In this document: one piece after another, positions 25,281-37,998 of the stretch | Position numbering within the stretch: position 1 is the first letter of the stretch | Layout of the letters: each line of letters opens with the position of its first letter | Source: Chiloscyllium plagiosum | Taxonomy: Eukaryota | Direction: 5' to 3' | Length of the DNA: 60,956 bases | NCBI RefSeq assembly: GCF_004010195.1 | Contig: NC_057720.1 | Location: forward strand, 34,449,453 to 34,510,408 | The notes under the pieces: model-generated | What the model saw: the letters and a program-made list of their open reading frames with translations, nothing else | Told to the model about the DNA's origin: nothing | Databases searched by the model: none | Translations under genes and position numbers: made by a program

Positions 25281-26362
25281 TGTCAACAATATTGATAGAT
25301 CAAGGATAGGTTAAAGGGCATTCTGATTCAACAACTGAATTGTTATTATAGTTATAGATCATTTACAAAGCATTCACATAATGATTATTAAGATTTGATG
25401 AATACGACAAAATATATTTAATCTTGAAATGATTAATTTCTACTCTGTCTTGGCCTTAGTGGATTGATACTTTCACATCATACATTTGTTTTCAGTCAAA
25501 TTACATGTGCTGCTCTTTAAGCTTTGCACCAAATCCAATCATATGAAGAGTAAAAATTGAGGGTTTGTTTAGCCATTGGGTCATACTGAAAGGGAGAAAA
25601 TAAAAGTCGAATTTCAATGACATCATATAAGCGTCCAGGTTTGTGACCACTTCTTTTACAGACTATACACTGTGTAAGCTGGGTTTTTTTATCAATAAAA
25701 ATCAAACTTCATATGGAGGAAATGATCTCAAAGACAAGCAACAATCATGGCTTTTTTGGGGGAAAGATTTCATGTAAATATCAACTGATCAACAACATGC
25801 TTCTCTGAAGCAGACATTTTTAAAAGCACGTGCAGTACCAAGAATGGAAGGTCTTGGCTGCTTTTACATTGAAACATAGTAACATGGGTTATGAGCAGGA
25901 CATTTATCTCCTCAACTCTGCTTCGCCATTCTAGATCATGATCTAGATCTACCTAAATACCATATTGAGTCCATTTTAGTTTAGATTTACAAAGATGGAT
26001 ATCCATGGTTCAGTTTAGGCATTTACCTTCAGCTTCCAAATCCCAGTGTCAGCTTTTTTGAGTCTTTGACTACTGCTGGGATAAAGAAGTTTGATGGACT
26101 GACATCTATAATCAGAACCAGCTCAGTCGCCCGTTTTCCAGAATGTGAATTAAATAGTACCAGTTTTATAGATCCTTAAACTCCTAGTCATCCTGACAGT
26201 TAATAAATGATCAGGCAAATTATACCGACAACAGCAAGACCTGGAGAAGCAGTGATTTGGAAGCAGATAAAAACATACTTGTTCAGTAATCATATTTTGC
26301 CTGGAGAAGGCAGGAGATTTGTTTTTGTCTTTAGAAATCTTGCAAATAGTGATGCACCTTAC

Positions 26363-26415
26363 CTCAATATGGTTTCTCAATTCCTTCCCTTGCTTTCGAT
26401 CTCAACTGGTAATAC
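26363..26415 (-). other. Candidate 53-nt 5' UTR exon
   Basis: Acceptor TTTTCTATTTGCCAG| and donor GAG|GTAAGG in unique sequence. Confidence 0.35.
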
Positions 26416-26869
26416 CTGGCAAATAGAAAACACAGTAAGGGTTACTAGGGCTCACAATGGAAGTGTGAGCTAGATATCCAGATGAAAGTTTGTTTAAAAA
26501 TAATAGACATTATTGGGTGAATTTTGCACTCAAGATAATTAATCTTGAGATTGAATGTTTTGGCATGAAATGATAACTTTTCCACTTGTTTGCTCCCACT
26601 GAGAAGTCATACACATGAGGAGCACACATCGACTTCTGCTTCTGCACGTTAGGTAAATTGTCCCATAGTGTTCAGGGATGTGTAGGTTAGGTGCATTATT
26701 CAGAGGAAATGTAAGGGAATGGGTTTGGGTGGTTTACTCTTTGGTGGGTCGGTATGGACCTATTGGTAGTGATTCTCATTATTATTCTAATTCTGGTGTT
26801 TGAGGATTTATAGCCAGAGTGCACAAGTATTAACATAAAGGAAGGTAACTGTGGTTGTTTGAAGGCCAA

Positions 26870-27420
26870 TCCTTGGCCAACCATCTTCAGCTATTACATT
26901 AATGGCTTTCCCTTGTCAGAATTTGAGATCTTTGCTGATGACACAGAAACAGTCCATGCCCATCTGCAACAAGATCTGGACAATATTCAGGATTAGACTG
27001 ATAAGTGGCAAGCTACATTTGTGCCACACAAGTGCCAGGCAGAGACTGCCTTCAACAAGACAAACTCTAATCATCTCCTCTTGATGTTCAATGGTATTAT
27101 TTTGCTGAATTCCCTGCTACCAACATGCTTGGCTATAACAGCAGGGCACAGGCTGGGAATTCTGCAGCAACGAACAACTCCTGACTTCCCAAAGCGTCTC
27201 CTCTCCAAGCCACATACTGTCTTGGCTTAAAACTATATTGCTGTTCCTTCATTGAGTCAAAATCGTGGAACTCCGTTCCAAATAGGACAGTGGTACCTAC
27301 ACCATATGGATAGCAGTGGCCCAAAATGGCAGTTCACAACCACCTTCTCAAAGACAATTAAGGATGCACAGTAAATTCAGACTGAACCAACAACATCCAC
27401 ATCCTGTGAAAGAATTTTTA
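26870..27420 (+). mobile_element. Old CR1/L2-group LINE 3' fragment
   Basis: FADD motif (TTTGCTGATGAC), LQQDLDNIQD and 3' UTR. Related pieces lie at about 5520-5830, 6085-6340, 12170-12320 (-) and 40650-41000 (-). Confidence 0.7.
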
Positions 27421-27844
27421 AAAACTCTCAAAGAGAGTAGGCTAATGAGAAAGAAAACCTTTCTTCATTCTATCCCTGCCAATGCAGCTTGACCTTGTTT
27501 TCTCAAAAGTATCTCTATCAGGCATTGGTTTTACTACTGTCCAAATCTAAAATTCCAGTGTTGCATTCTGGGAAAGGTTCACAGAAAGTTTTGTGGAATT
27601 TATGACTTTGTGAAGGAACTGCAGACTGTTTTATCAGTTAACATTGTCATATCATTGCAAGACATCTTGATGTTGTGGATCACTGCTATTTCTGGAAAAA
27701 CCAGCTTCATGACAGACATCAGGAAGGTTTCTCAAAGCAGTAACAGGAACCTGACACCAGGACAAATTCTGAGTCTTGTCATGAAACTTCAACTGTATTG
27801 GGAATGCAAGAATATTATTTAATGTAAGTGTCCTAATTAGACAG

Positions 27845-28011
27845 GGAGAAAGTGAGGACTGCAGATGCTGGAGATCAAAGCTGAAAATGTGTTGCTGGAA
27901 AAGCGCAGCAGGTCAGGCAGCATCCAAATGCAGGAGAATCGACGTCTCGGGCATGAGCCCTTCTTCCTGAAGAAGGGCTCATGCCCGAAACGTCGATTCT
28001 CCTGCTCCTTG
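27845..28011. mobile_element. Mini Penelope-derived element ending in a hammerhead hairpin
   Basis: 27930-27966 and 27969-28005 are inverted repeats with one mismatch. The plus arm has an intact CTGAAGA-A-GGGCTCATGCCC-GAAAC-GTC at 27967-27994. Confidence 0.85.
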
Positions 28012-28974
28012 TAATTAGACAAGGGGCTAGCTCACCAACCCAATTAGGAACCACCAGCAGCACCAGGAGGTGGAAGTTGCCCGACAGGTACCAGTGACAA
28101 AAATCAGGTGATAACCATGATAGGATCTGCCATTGCCTTGGAAAATATAGAAGACAGCTCCTCAGAAGATGAGCTGCAGTCCATAATAGTAAATAAAGTT
28201 ACAGCACTTGACCTAGCATTAGTTGGCTTATGACAACTTATAGAAATTAAATAAATGTGAGTTTTCCTGCAATTTCTGATTTTGTTTCAGATTTCCAGCA
28301 TCCGTAGTTCTTTGTTTTTCAGGGTTTTTTTCCTTAAAAGATCAGAATGGGGTATTCACTGAAGACACGGAAGTTTCCAGTTCCAGTTCAGCACCACACA
28401 CCAGACAGGGGACCCATGTAAAAAAAAGAGATGAGGAAGGTTTTGTTTTCTCTCAAAGGATAGTGAATTTGCAGAGTTCTATACAACAGAGGACCATAGT
28501 GATAATAAAGGCTATTCCTATTCTGTCCTATTCTATAGAGGCTGGGTTTTTATATATATTTAAAACTTAGATAGACAGCTTTAAAGCTTATTCTTTCAAA
28601 GTGTGTGTGATTCACTTCTAATGGAGCATTTAGTACCCATCGTTAATTGCCACTGAACTGACTGACTTGTTGGGCCAATTCAGAAGTCACTGAAGAGTCA
28701 ACTCATTGCGGTGGGTTTGAAGTCAGTTGCAAGGCAGCCCAGATAAGAATGGTGGAGGGGATTTAAGAATAGCCAGTGATAACGTTTTGGTCACCATTGC
28801 TAAGACTATCTTTCAATTGCTTAAGAGGTTAGCTTACGAAATCATCTGTGTGTTCATTTGGTTCTTCAACTTAATAGATAGACAGCAGAATGTAGTCAGC
28901 CAGCTTGTGCTTATGAAACTCAAAACAAAATATTTACTGGTGGATGTGATTCCCAGACTATGCAAGACTTGCTA

Positions 28975-29190
28975 GGGTGTCGTTTAGCTCAGTTGGCTGG
29001 ATGTCTGGCTTGTAATACAGTAACGGATGCCAACAACATGGGTTCAATTTCTACACCAGCTAAAATTACCAGAAGGAATTTTTCTTCTCAGCCTTTCCCT
29101 CACTTGAGATGTGATGACCTCCAGATTAAATTATTACCAGCAATCTCTCTCCAATGAGAAAGCAGGCCTACGATCTGGTAAGCCTATGGC
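28975..29190 (+). mobile_element. Old tRNA-derived SINE
   Basis: A-box TAGCTCAGTTGG and B-box GGTTCAATTT. Confidence 0.65.
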
Positions 29191-29549
29191 TGACAAACTG
29201 CTGTAGCCTCATCTTATGTGCAGAAATGTCTTCTCTGTAGACAAAAGGTATATTTTAAGGCCTGACACTTCTTTTCAATTATCTGTGATCTTGGGAACCT
29301 ACAGTTCGTGATTGCTACTGCCATGGTGATGCCTTGGCCAATCACAGTTGACAGCACAGCTTTCTATGGTAGTACAAATTATTGTAGTCGTTTGAAATTT
29401 GGCATTCTTGCATTTGTTCTGATCAATACTGGACAATAAGTTTTATTTTAATTTATTCTTGGGATGTGGGCATTGCTTACCAAGCCAGTATTTATTGTCC
29501 ATCCTTAATTGCCCAGAGGCCACTTAAGCGTCAACTATACTGGGTGTTA

Positions 29550-30740
29550 GGACCATCAGATATAGGAGTACAATTAGGCCATTGGGCCCATCGAGTCTGC
29601 TCTGCCACTTGATCATGGCTGACATGGGCTTTCTCAACCCTTGATCCCGTTACTAATCAAGAACCTATCTACCTCTGTCTTAAATACACTCAATGATTTG
29701 GTCTTCATAGCCCTCTGTGGCAATGAGTTCCACTGATTCACCATCCTATGGCTGAAACAATTCCTCCTCATCTCAGTTCGAAAGGGTCACCCCTTCTCTC
29801 TAAGGCTGTACCCTCGGGTCCTGGTTTCTCCTACCGTGGAAACATCTTCTCCACATTCACTCTATCCAGACCTCTCAGGATTGGTAAGCTTCAATCAGGT
29901 CCCCTCTCAACCTCCTGAACTCCATCGACAACCAGCTCAAACTCCTCAGCTGTTCCTCATGTGACAAGCCCTTCATCCCCAGGATCATTCTTGTAAACCC
30001 TTCCTGGACCCACTCTAAGGCCAGTACATCCTTCCTTAGACAGGGGGGCCCAAAACTGCTCACAACATTCCAAAAGTGGTCTTATCAGAGCCTTATACAG
30101 CCTTAGCAGTACATCTCTGCTCTTGTATTGTAGCCCTCTTGAAATGAATACTAATATTATATTTACCTTTCTAATGAATGGGTGGCATGGTGGCACAGTG
30201 GTTAGCACTGCTGCCTCACAGCGCCAGAGACCCGGGTTCAATTCCCGCCTCAGGCGACTGACTGTGTGGAGTTTGCACGTTCTCCCCGTGTCTGCGTGGG
30301 TTTCCTCCAGGTGCTCCGGTTTCCTCCCACAGTCCAAAGATGTGCAAGTCAGGTGAATTGGCCATGCTAAATTGCCCATAGTGTTAGGTAAGGGGTAAAT
30401 GTAGGGGTATGGGTGGGTTACGCTTTGGCGGGTCGGTGTGGACTTGTTGGGCCGAAGGGCCTGTTTCCACACTGTAATGTAATCTAATCTAAAAAAGAAT
30501 CTATATTTTAACCCTGAGAACCCTGAACTAGGATTCCTAAGTTGCTTTGTGTTTCAGATTTGCAAAGTCAGTGCCCATTTAGAAATAGTCTATCTTCCTT
30601 CAAAGTGCATAACCTCACACTTCCCCACATTGTATTCCATCTACCATTTCTTCATCCACTCTTCTAGCCTGTTCAAGTCCTTCTGCAGCCTCCCGTTTCC
30701 AGAAAGCTACCTGCCCCTCCACTTATCTTTGCGTCATTAT
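29550..30740 (-). mobile_element. CR1 LINE 3' fragment, nested in a SINE (29445-29545 plus 30740-30810) and interrupted by HE1
   Basis: LRLYKALIRPLLECCEQFWAP and RRLRGDLIEAY. Confidence 0.85.
30180..30491 (+). mobile_element. HE1-like V-SINE, young full-length copy
   Basis: A/B boxes, V-domain, TAATC tail and a short GAAT target duplication. Confidence 0.95.
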
Positions 30741-31604
30741 TAGTGTGGGTCTGGGGTCAAATGTAGGCCAGACTATGTGAGGATAGCAGTTTCCTTCTCC
30801 AAAGGACATTAAGCACTTGCCTCTCTTTTCAGCAGCTTTAAAGGTCTGTAGTACTAAGTCTCCTCACAGATTTTGAAATGGCTAGTTGTATAATTTCTTT
30901 TTTTTAAATTGCCATCAGGACTGAGGAGCATTAGTTATAAAATAACAATTTTGAAATTCCTACCCACATACCCCTTGCCACTATTGTGTGGACAAGCTCC
31001 AGAAAATCTGGTAAAATCAACATCAATGAGATTTTGGATTCTCTTGCCCAGCCCTGCACTAAGCAAAACAGAATTTAAAATATTTTGATGTTTGTATTAA
31101 TTGCTGAATTCTCACTGTCAAAATCAGCTTGCAGCAGTCCCCGTTGCAGAAGATGTGGGCCCAAACGTTCCTGAATAGGCGCTGGAGGCAGCACTGAAGT
31201 TCACTGAAATGCACTAACAATGTTCTTTACCCTATCACCAATCCCAGAGTTAGAGAATGTGAAGTATCCTGAAGAGAGGCCTGCACAATTCCACCTTGAT
31301 GAATGCACCCAGCTGATTGGACGCCAGCTGGTGGTGGTTAATTTTGTTACAGCCTTGTCAACAACATGAGGTAAATTGGAATCACCCAAAATCACAGAAC
31401 AGCACAGGAAGCCATTCAGCCTTTCTTGTTCCTCCAAGTGCAACTCAATTTCATATTAACTCTACCCCCAATTTTTTTGCCAAGCAATTTTGGGTGTCAT
31501 TGTATATACTCAATACCAACATTACTGAAGCCATAACTATGGGAAATAAACTGAATGAAGTATATCTCTCATTTAAAATGAATTTCATAAAAACTCCATT
31601 CATA

Positions 31605-32970
31605 GGATGACGGTGTCATTGGTTAGGCCAGCAATTATTGCTCATTCTTAATTGCCCTGAGGGCAGTTAAGAGTCAACCACATTGCTGTGGGTCTGGAGT
31701 CACACACGTAGGCCAGACACATGTAGGCCAAGGTAGAGAGAGTAGGGAGCATCAAGTTCCTAGGAGTGAATTTAAACAACAACGTGTTCTGGACCTTCCA
31801 TGTAGATGCAATGGTCAAGAAAGCACTGCAACGCCTCTTCTTCCTCAGTAGGCTTAGGAAATTCATCAAATCCAGAAGGACCTTCAACAACCTTTACAGA
31901 TGAATGATAGAAAGTATTCTATCTGGGTGCATAATGGCTTTGTAGAGCAACTGCTGTGCCCAGGACCGTAAGAAACTACAGAAAGTTGTGTGCATAGCCC
32001 AGACAATCATGGAAGCCAACTTCCTATCCATGGACTCCACTAACACTTCTTGCTGCCATGGAAAGGCTGCCAATATCATCAAAGATCCCTCCCATCCCAG
32101 TAATAGTCTTTTCCAACCTCTCCCGTCAGACAGAAGATACAGAACTCATGCACCAATATGTTGAAGAACAACTCCTTCCCTGCTGTTATTAGACTGCTGG
32201 ACCTCTCTAATTTCAAATCTGAATTGAATTGAATCGAATTGAATTTATTGTCACATGTACCGAGACACAGTGAAAAGCTTTGTCTTGTGAGCAATGCACA
32301 CAGATCACAGAATTAAGTAGCATAGATAGGTAAATAATAGGTAAACAGCAGCAAAAACAAAAACACAGCTACAGGTGAATGTTAAGAGTTTGAGAGTCCA
32401 TTCAGTATTCTAACAATAGTAGGGTAAAAACTGTTACGAAAGTGATTGCTGTGTGTGTTCAGGCTTCTGTACCTTCACCCCGATGGTAGAGGGGTAGAAA
32501 AACATTATCAGGGTGGAATGGATCTCTGAGTCTGCTGGCAGCCTTTCCGACAGCGGGCCTGGTAGTGTTGACCAGGTCCAATGCTAACCTTGCTTTTGTG
32601 CACCTCCTGTGCAGCTGGAACCTTGTATGCCTTGCTCTGTCTAAACACCCTATGGTCTATCTGTCCTTGTACATTATGATCTGCCTGTACTACATGCAAA
32701 ACAAAACTTTTCACTTTACTTAGGTACATGTTATAACAATAAATCAAATCCAGATAAGGATGGCAGACTCACTTCTTAAAGGATATTAGTGAACCAGGTG
32801 GGCTTTCCCAACAATTTACACTGGGTTCATAGTTATCTTAAATTCCAGATACTTTTTGAATTCAAATTCTACCATCTGCCATGGGATGTGAAGCCAGGTC
32901 ACCAGAATATTGCCCAGGTCTCTGGATTGACAATCCGGCAATAATATCACAGGGCTATTGCCTCCCCACA
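31605..32970 (-). mobile_element. tRNA SINE (8755-9085 family) split by Rex-Babar insertions
   Basis: The tail half at 31605-31725 and head half at 32750-32970 rejoin. Confidence 0.65.
31730..32750. mobile_element. Rex1/Babar LINE 3' fragment (+) containing an opposite-strand Rex-Babar 3' end (32221-32570)
   Basis: KFLG ... VKKALQRLFFLSRLRKF ... QDRKKLQKVV on the plus strand, and a (GAATT)n tail of the minus copy at 32220-32245. Confidence 0.8.
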
Positions 32971-33423
32971 ATTATAAAATTCACACTTACACATTCTGGG
33001 CCTGCCCCCAAATAGGGTCTGAAGAGGGAGAAATCCCTTGGAATCATTATTTAATCTCAAATTGGTCCTCTCCTGCTTTCACTGCACAAGAGCTTCCCAA
33101 TCCAAACAACTTCAAAGGTAGCTTCTATTCTACCTATACACACTAGATACATTCCAGCGTTCCTCTTCCAATGGTAAGGTACCGTAGATCCATGCTGATA
33201 GCAAGTCAATTCATCTCCGACTTAATAGCTTAGGGAAGAGATCTATTACCACCCTCAGAATTCCAGACCTTGAACTAACCAGAACACACAGATTGACAGG
33301 GCTAAGGAGAGCAAAGAAAATCGATCGAATTTTTCCTTTATTATTATCCTGAGACAGGACTAAAGAAGTGACTATGATCTGAATGTTTCTTTTAATGTGG
33401 TGAAAGGTAATACAGTCTTTTAC

Positions 33424-33478
33424 CTCAGTGATGCCTGCCCTGGTTCCAACCTCCAGGCCCAAATATGAAGAATCACTA
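33424..33478 (-). other. Candidate 52/55-nt 5' UTR exon with a NAGNAG acceptor
   Basis: Long pyrimidine tract, then TAAG|TAG|; donor GAG|GTAAAA. Confidence 0.35.
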
Positions 33479-33589
33479 CTTAGATACCAAAGAGGAGAGA
33501 AAAAAAAAAGAAAATGTGCGTTGGTTTAATATTATTGCACATATTGCCTAAGGTGCGCAAGTGAAATCAATAGACAGTGCAGGTTTTTG

Positions 33590-34920
33590 TGTCTCAGCTT
33601 GGCTCAGTGGTAACCCTTGTACTTTGGAATCAGAAGGCTATATCTCAAACCCAAATTTCAGTGCATGATTTAGGCTAATACATAAGTACAATACTGAAGA
33701 AAAAGCTGACTTTTGGATGATAAATTAAACATGAAGAGACACTTCGGCCTCTCAGATTGACATACAAGGTCCAATACAATGTCAAACCCGCCAGCATGTA
33801 AAAGATGCAAAACCTGCTGGCATACCACCCCACTCACTTCCATCCAGGGCCCAGTACAGTCCTTCCAGGTGAGACAGAGGCTCATCTGTCTCTCCTCCAA
33901 CCTAGTTTATTGTGTCTGATGCTCCTGATGTGTCTTCTCTACATCAGTGAGACCAAATATAAGCTAAGGGAAGATTTCATTTAGCACCTCAGCCGGGCCC
34001 ACAGGTGCCAACCTGACCTCCCAGTCACTGCCGATTTTAATCTCCCTTTCCACTCCCTTTCCAACATGACCATCCTTGGCTTCCTCCACTGCCACAGCGA
34101 ATCAGACTGGAAATTGGAGGAACAACACGTCATCTTCCACCTGGGCAGCCTACAACCCGGAGGACTCAGCATTGAGTTCTCCAATTTCAAATAACCTCCC
34201 TTCCCATCCCCCATCTCCCTTCTCAGCTCCTCTCCCTCCCTTCCACTCCTCTGATCAACCCTTCCAACCAGATTCACTCCTCCCATTGACCAACCAGGTT
34301 GTACCCTCCATCTGTGTTCACCTATCCCTACCTCACCACCGCTTCCCCCCTTTATCTGTAGCTCCTCTTGCATCCATCTCCAGTCTTGAAGACCATAAGA
34401 CATAGGAGTGGAAGTAAGGCCATTCGGCCCATCGAGTCCACTCCGCAAGAAAGACGTTTTGCAACAAGCTGCTACTTCTGCAACTATGTTGCAGCAAAGA
34501 ATTGCAACAAACACAAAGCACTGTGATTGTTAGATCCAGAATTAATGGGAGTTACTTTTATTGTTGTTTCAGATTTCTTTTGCATGATACTCCCTTGGTC
34601 TCAATTTAAGGGTGACACCTGAAACATCGACTTCTCAATCTCCTGATGCTGTCTGGCTTGCTGTGTTCTTCCAGCCTCCTGCTTGTCTACCTTTATTTGA
34701 ACAACAGCGAGAATTGCAGTTCTTGTTCTGGCCAACATTCATTCTTCAATCAAAACCATCCAAAGAAGTCAAGTTTTTTTGATTCATTTAATTTATTGCT
34801 ATTTGTTGGATTGGTTGTAGCATTTGTAGCTGTGACTAAACCCTAGTATTCTTTAAGATGGTGAAGTGCTTTGAAATAACCCAAGTCATGAAATATATAA
34901 ATGCAAGTTATTTCTTCCTT
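33590..34920 (+). mobile_element. Old Deu-domain SINE (SacSINE1/AmnSINE1-like) split by a Penelope insertion
   Basis: Head TGGCTCAGTGG at 33600. Deu-like CTGGCCAACATTCATTCTTCAA and tail TATATAAATGCAAG resume after 34694. Confidence 0.6.
33790..34693 (+). mobile_element. Penelope-like GIY-YIG/pLTR fragment, second subfamily
   Basis: VYCV ... LYISETKY and WKLEEQHVIFHLGSLQP. The hammerhead AGTC-TTGAAGA ... GAAAC-ATC-GACT is split by an insertion at 34393-34609. Confidence 0.8.
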
Positions 34921-35485
34921 TGAATAGCCATTGGTCTGAGAACTCCTGTAAAATGTATACTAGAAGAAAATTGGTATTGAACAATAATTGAAGATGAATA
35001 AATATGTCAAAAATCCTTCTTTTGTTTCATACAAAGAGAATACTGGAATTTTCACATACGACCTGGATATGAAATGATATAGTCTCAACATGTTAAGATG
35101 GTGATTTGATGTTAATCAGTGGACATCCTTGAAACAAAATAGTTGAATGTAAAATGTTTGTGTTTTGTAATAGTGCAAGAATGACTAAGGATGCCTCACG
35201 ACAGATATGAATAAAGTGACAAACCAATGAAAGGAACTATCCAGAAATACAGGAAGAACAGCACAGATGAATATCTAGACAAAAGAAGGTGCACAAAAAT
35301 ATGAAAAAAGGCTAACACTGCTGTTAAATTGAGACCAAGGGAGTTTCATACAAAAGAAATCTGAAACAACAATAAAAGTAACTCCCATTAATTCTGGATC
35401 TAACAATCACAGTGCTTTGTGTTTGTTGCAATTCTTTGCTGCAACATAGTTGCAGAAGTAGCAGCTTGTTGCAAAACTTCTTTCT
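34448..35485. repeat. 162-bp inverted repeat (34448-34609 / 35324-35485)
   Basis: Direct comparison gives 3 mismatches, no gaps and a 714-bp spacer. Confidence 0.95.
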
Positions 35486-35699
35486 CACACTAACCATATT
35501 ATTTGCTTTCACATTGGAGATCAGTTTCAGGAATATGTCACCAGTCCCAACATTTGTGGCCAAGTGAATACCCAAACTGTATTCCTGAAGCCTATGTTTC
35601 ATGAAAACTAGTCTCCAATTCCAGGATTGTCCACTGCGATGATCCCACCAGCTATGGACAAAAGAATTTTCAGAGGAACCGATGACCATCATTGATCAT

Positions 35700-36530
35700 T
35701 TAGAGTCATAGTGTCATAAAGTTGTACAGCATGGAAACAGATCCTTCGGTCCAACTCTGCATGCTGACCAAATATCCTAAATTAATCTAGTCCCATTTGC
35801 CAGCATTTGGCACATATTCCTCTAACCCTTCCTATTCATATACCCATCCAGATGTCTTTTAAATGTTGTAATTGTACCAGTCTCCACCACTTCCTCTGGC
35901 AGCTTTTTCCATACACGCACTACCCTCTGTGTGAAAAAGTTGCCCCTTAGGTCCCTTTTAAATCTTTCCTCTCTCACATTAAACCTATGTCCTCTAATTT
36001 TAGACACCCCTACCCTGTGGAAAAGACCTTGGCTGTTCACTGTATCCATGCCCCTCATGATTTTACAAACCTCTATAAGGTCACCCCTCAGCCTCTGACA
36101 CTCCAGGGAAAATAGGTCCAGCCTATTAAACCTCTCCTTATAGCTGAAATCCACCAACTCTGGCAACATCCTTGTAAATCTGTTCTGAAACCTTTCAAAT
36201 TTCACAAGATCTTTCCTATAGCTGGGAGACCAGAATTGCATGCAATATTCCAACAGTGGCCTAACCAATGCCCTTTACAGCTGCAACATGACCTCCCAAC
36301 TCCTGTACTCAATGCACTGACCAATAAAGGCAAGCATACCAACCCTTCTTCACTATCCTATCTACCTGTGACTCCACTTTCAAGAAACTATGAATCTGCA
36401 TTCCAAGGTCTCTTTGTCAGCAACATTCCCCAGGACCTTACCATTAAGTCTACATATCCTGTCCTGATTTGCCTTACCAAAATGCATGCACCTCACGTTT
36501 ATCTAAATTAAACTTAATCTGCCACTCTTC
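35700..36530 (-). mobile_element. CR1 LINE 3' fragment
   Basis: VRPLLEYCMQFWSPSYRKD ... FKRHLDGYMNRKG. Confidence 0.93.
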
Positions 36531-37998
36531 GGACCCTTGAGCCCCTGATTAAAAATGATTCACAAAACAAAATGTCAAATTAATGAAATAGTCATTCTTA
36601 CAGAGAATGCGGGAGCAGTTGAAGCATTATGGGCACAGTAATTTAGTGCCTGTGGTGCTGGATTAAGAAATCAACGGCGTCAAAATTCATAATCTCACAA
36701 GGAAAACCTGCAAAACTGAATTTGACTTGTTTGCATGGAATCAGTCGTGAACTGACCATGGAGGCTGCTAACTCACCAAAATCCTGAATGGAAAGGAACC
36801 TCTCACTTGATCTAATTTGTTTTTTAGGTTTCTCCAGTTCTAGCTTCTATGACTGTCAGGGCTTTACAGAAACACTGTCCTATCAGCGTTATCTATGTAC
36901 CAATGGCTTATGTTTTAGTTTGAATCTACTGCTGGCCATTCTTTCTTGTTTAGCCAAATATTTGCACGGACCTGCGCCAGGAGTCCATCCTGGAAAATGG
37001 AGAAAACGTTAAAAATACACAGCATGTCTGCTGACATCTTCAAAGAGAAAGAAAAAAAAGGGGCTAATTGATTTCATGGCCCTTTTGAAGTCTCTTAACA
37101 TCCAAAATGTCACTCTGTCCTTTCTCTTTAAAGATACTGAAAAGCTTGCTGTAAATTTCCGTCCTCGGCTGAACCTGTATGTTGTCTTTGCAGATGCCGC
37201 GCTGTACCATTACAGACGTTCAGTTTCACGTTGGGGGTAGTGGGGAGGGGGCGATTAATTCTTACAGAAACTTCCAAATACTCAAGGGTTTTTTATTTAA
37301 AGCACGCATTGTCGTCTTAATTAATAATTCTACCTTCCTAAAAGCACATAAGACTGAAGCATTGCACACTAGCAAAGCAAAATTACCAAGCGTGTAAATG
37401 CGGCAATTATTTCAACGTGATCGCTTCGTAACAGGACGAGGCGCACAGTTAGTGATGCAGTGCATGTCCACATCCAGAGAGGTTAGCATTCTGTATTTAC
37501 AGCACGGTGTCGCTAACAGCAACAGCAGACTTTAACGTGCACCCGGCTTATGGAATACACTTGTCATACATTTACACTTGGGCTGCTGTTACCATTACCC
37601 ATGACTGGGACTCTTTACAGTGCTCCGTATAGTTCTTTACAAGAATAACGTTCCCTTTTGCTGGCAGCACGATTTGCCACGTGTTCTCGTCAATATCAGT
37701 TTGCAATGAAAGGAGCCTCTTCCCAAAGCACTAAGTTTCTTTACAGCCAACATAAAACACACACACACATATATATTTCAAGCCTGTGCGACACGTACTC
37801 TTACACTGACCACGTTCACCGAAAGCCTAACCCAGCCAGCTCTTAGTGAAGACGTTGCTCGCTGCAGTAAGTGTACAAAGAGAGAGAGAGAGAGAGAGAA
37901 AAAATCCCTCCACTATAGCAAAGCATACCAAATCAATGAGAGAAACGGGTGTTCGAGACGGAAGATGCAACACTGTAAAACGATGGCATGGCCCTTAC

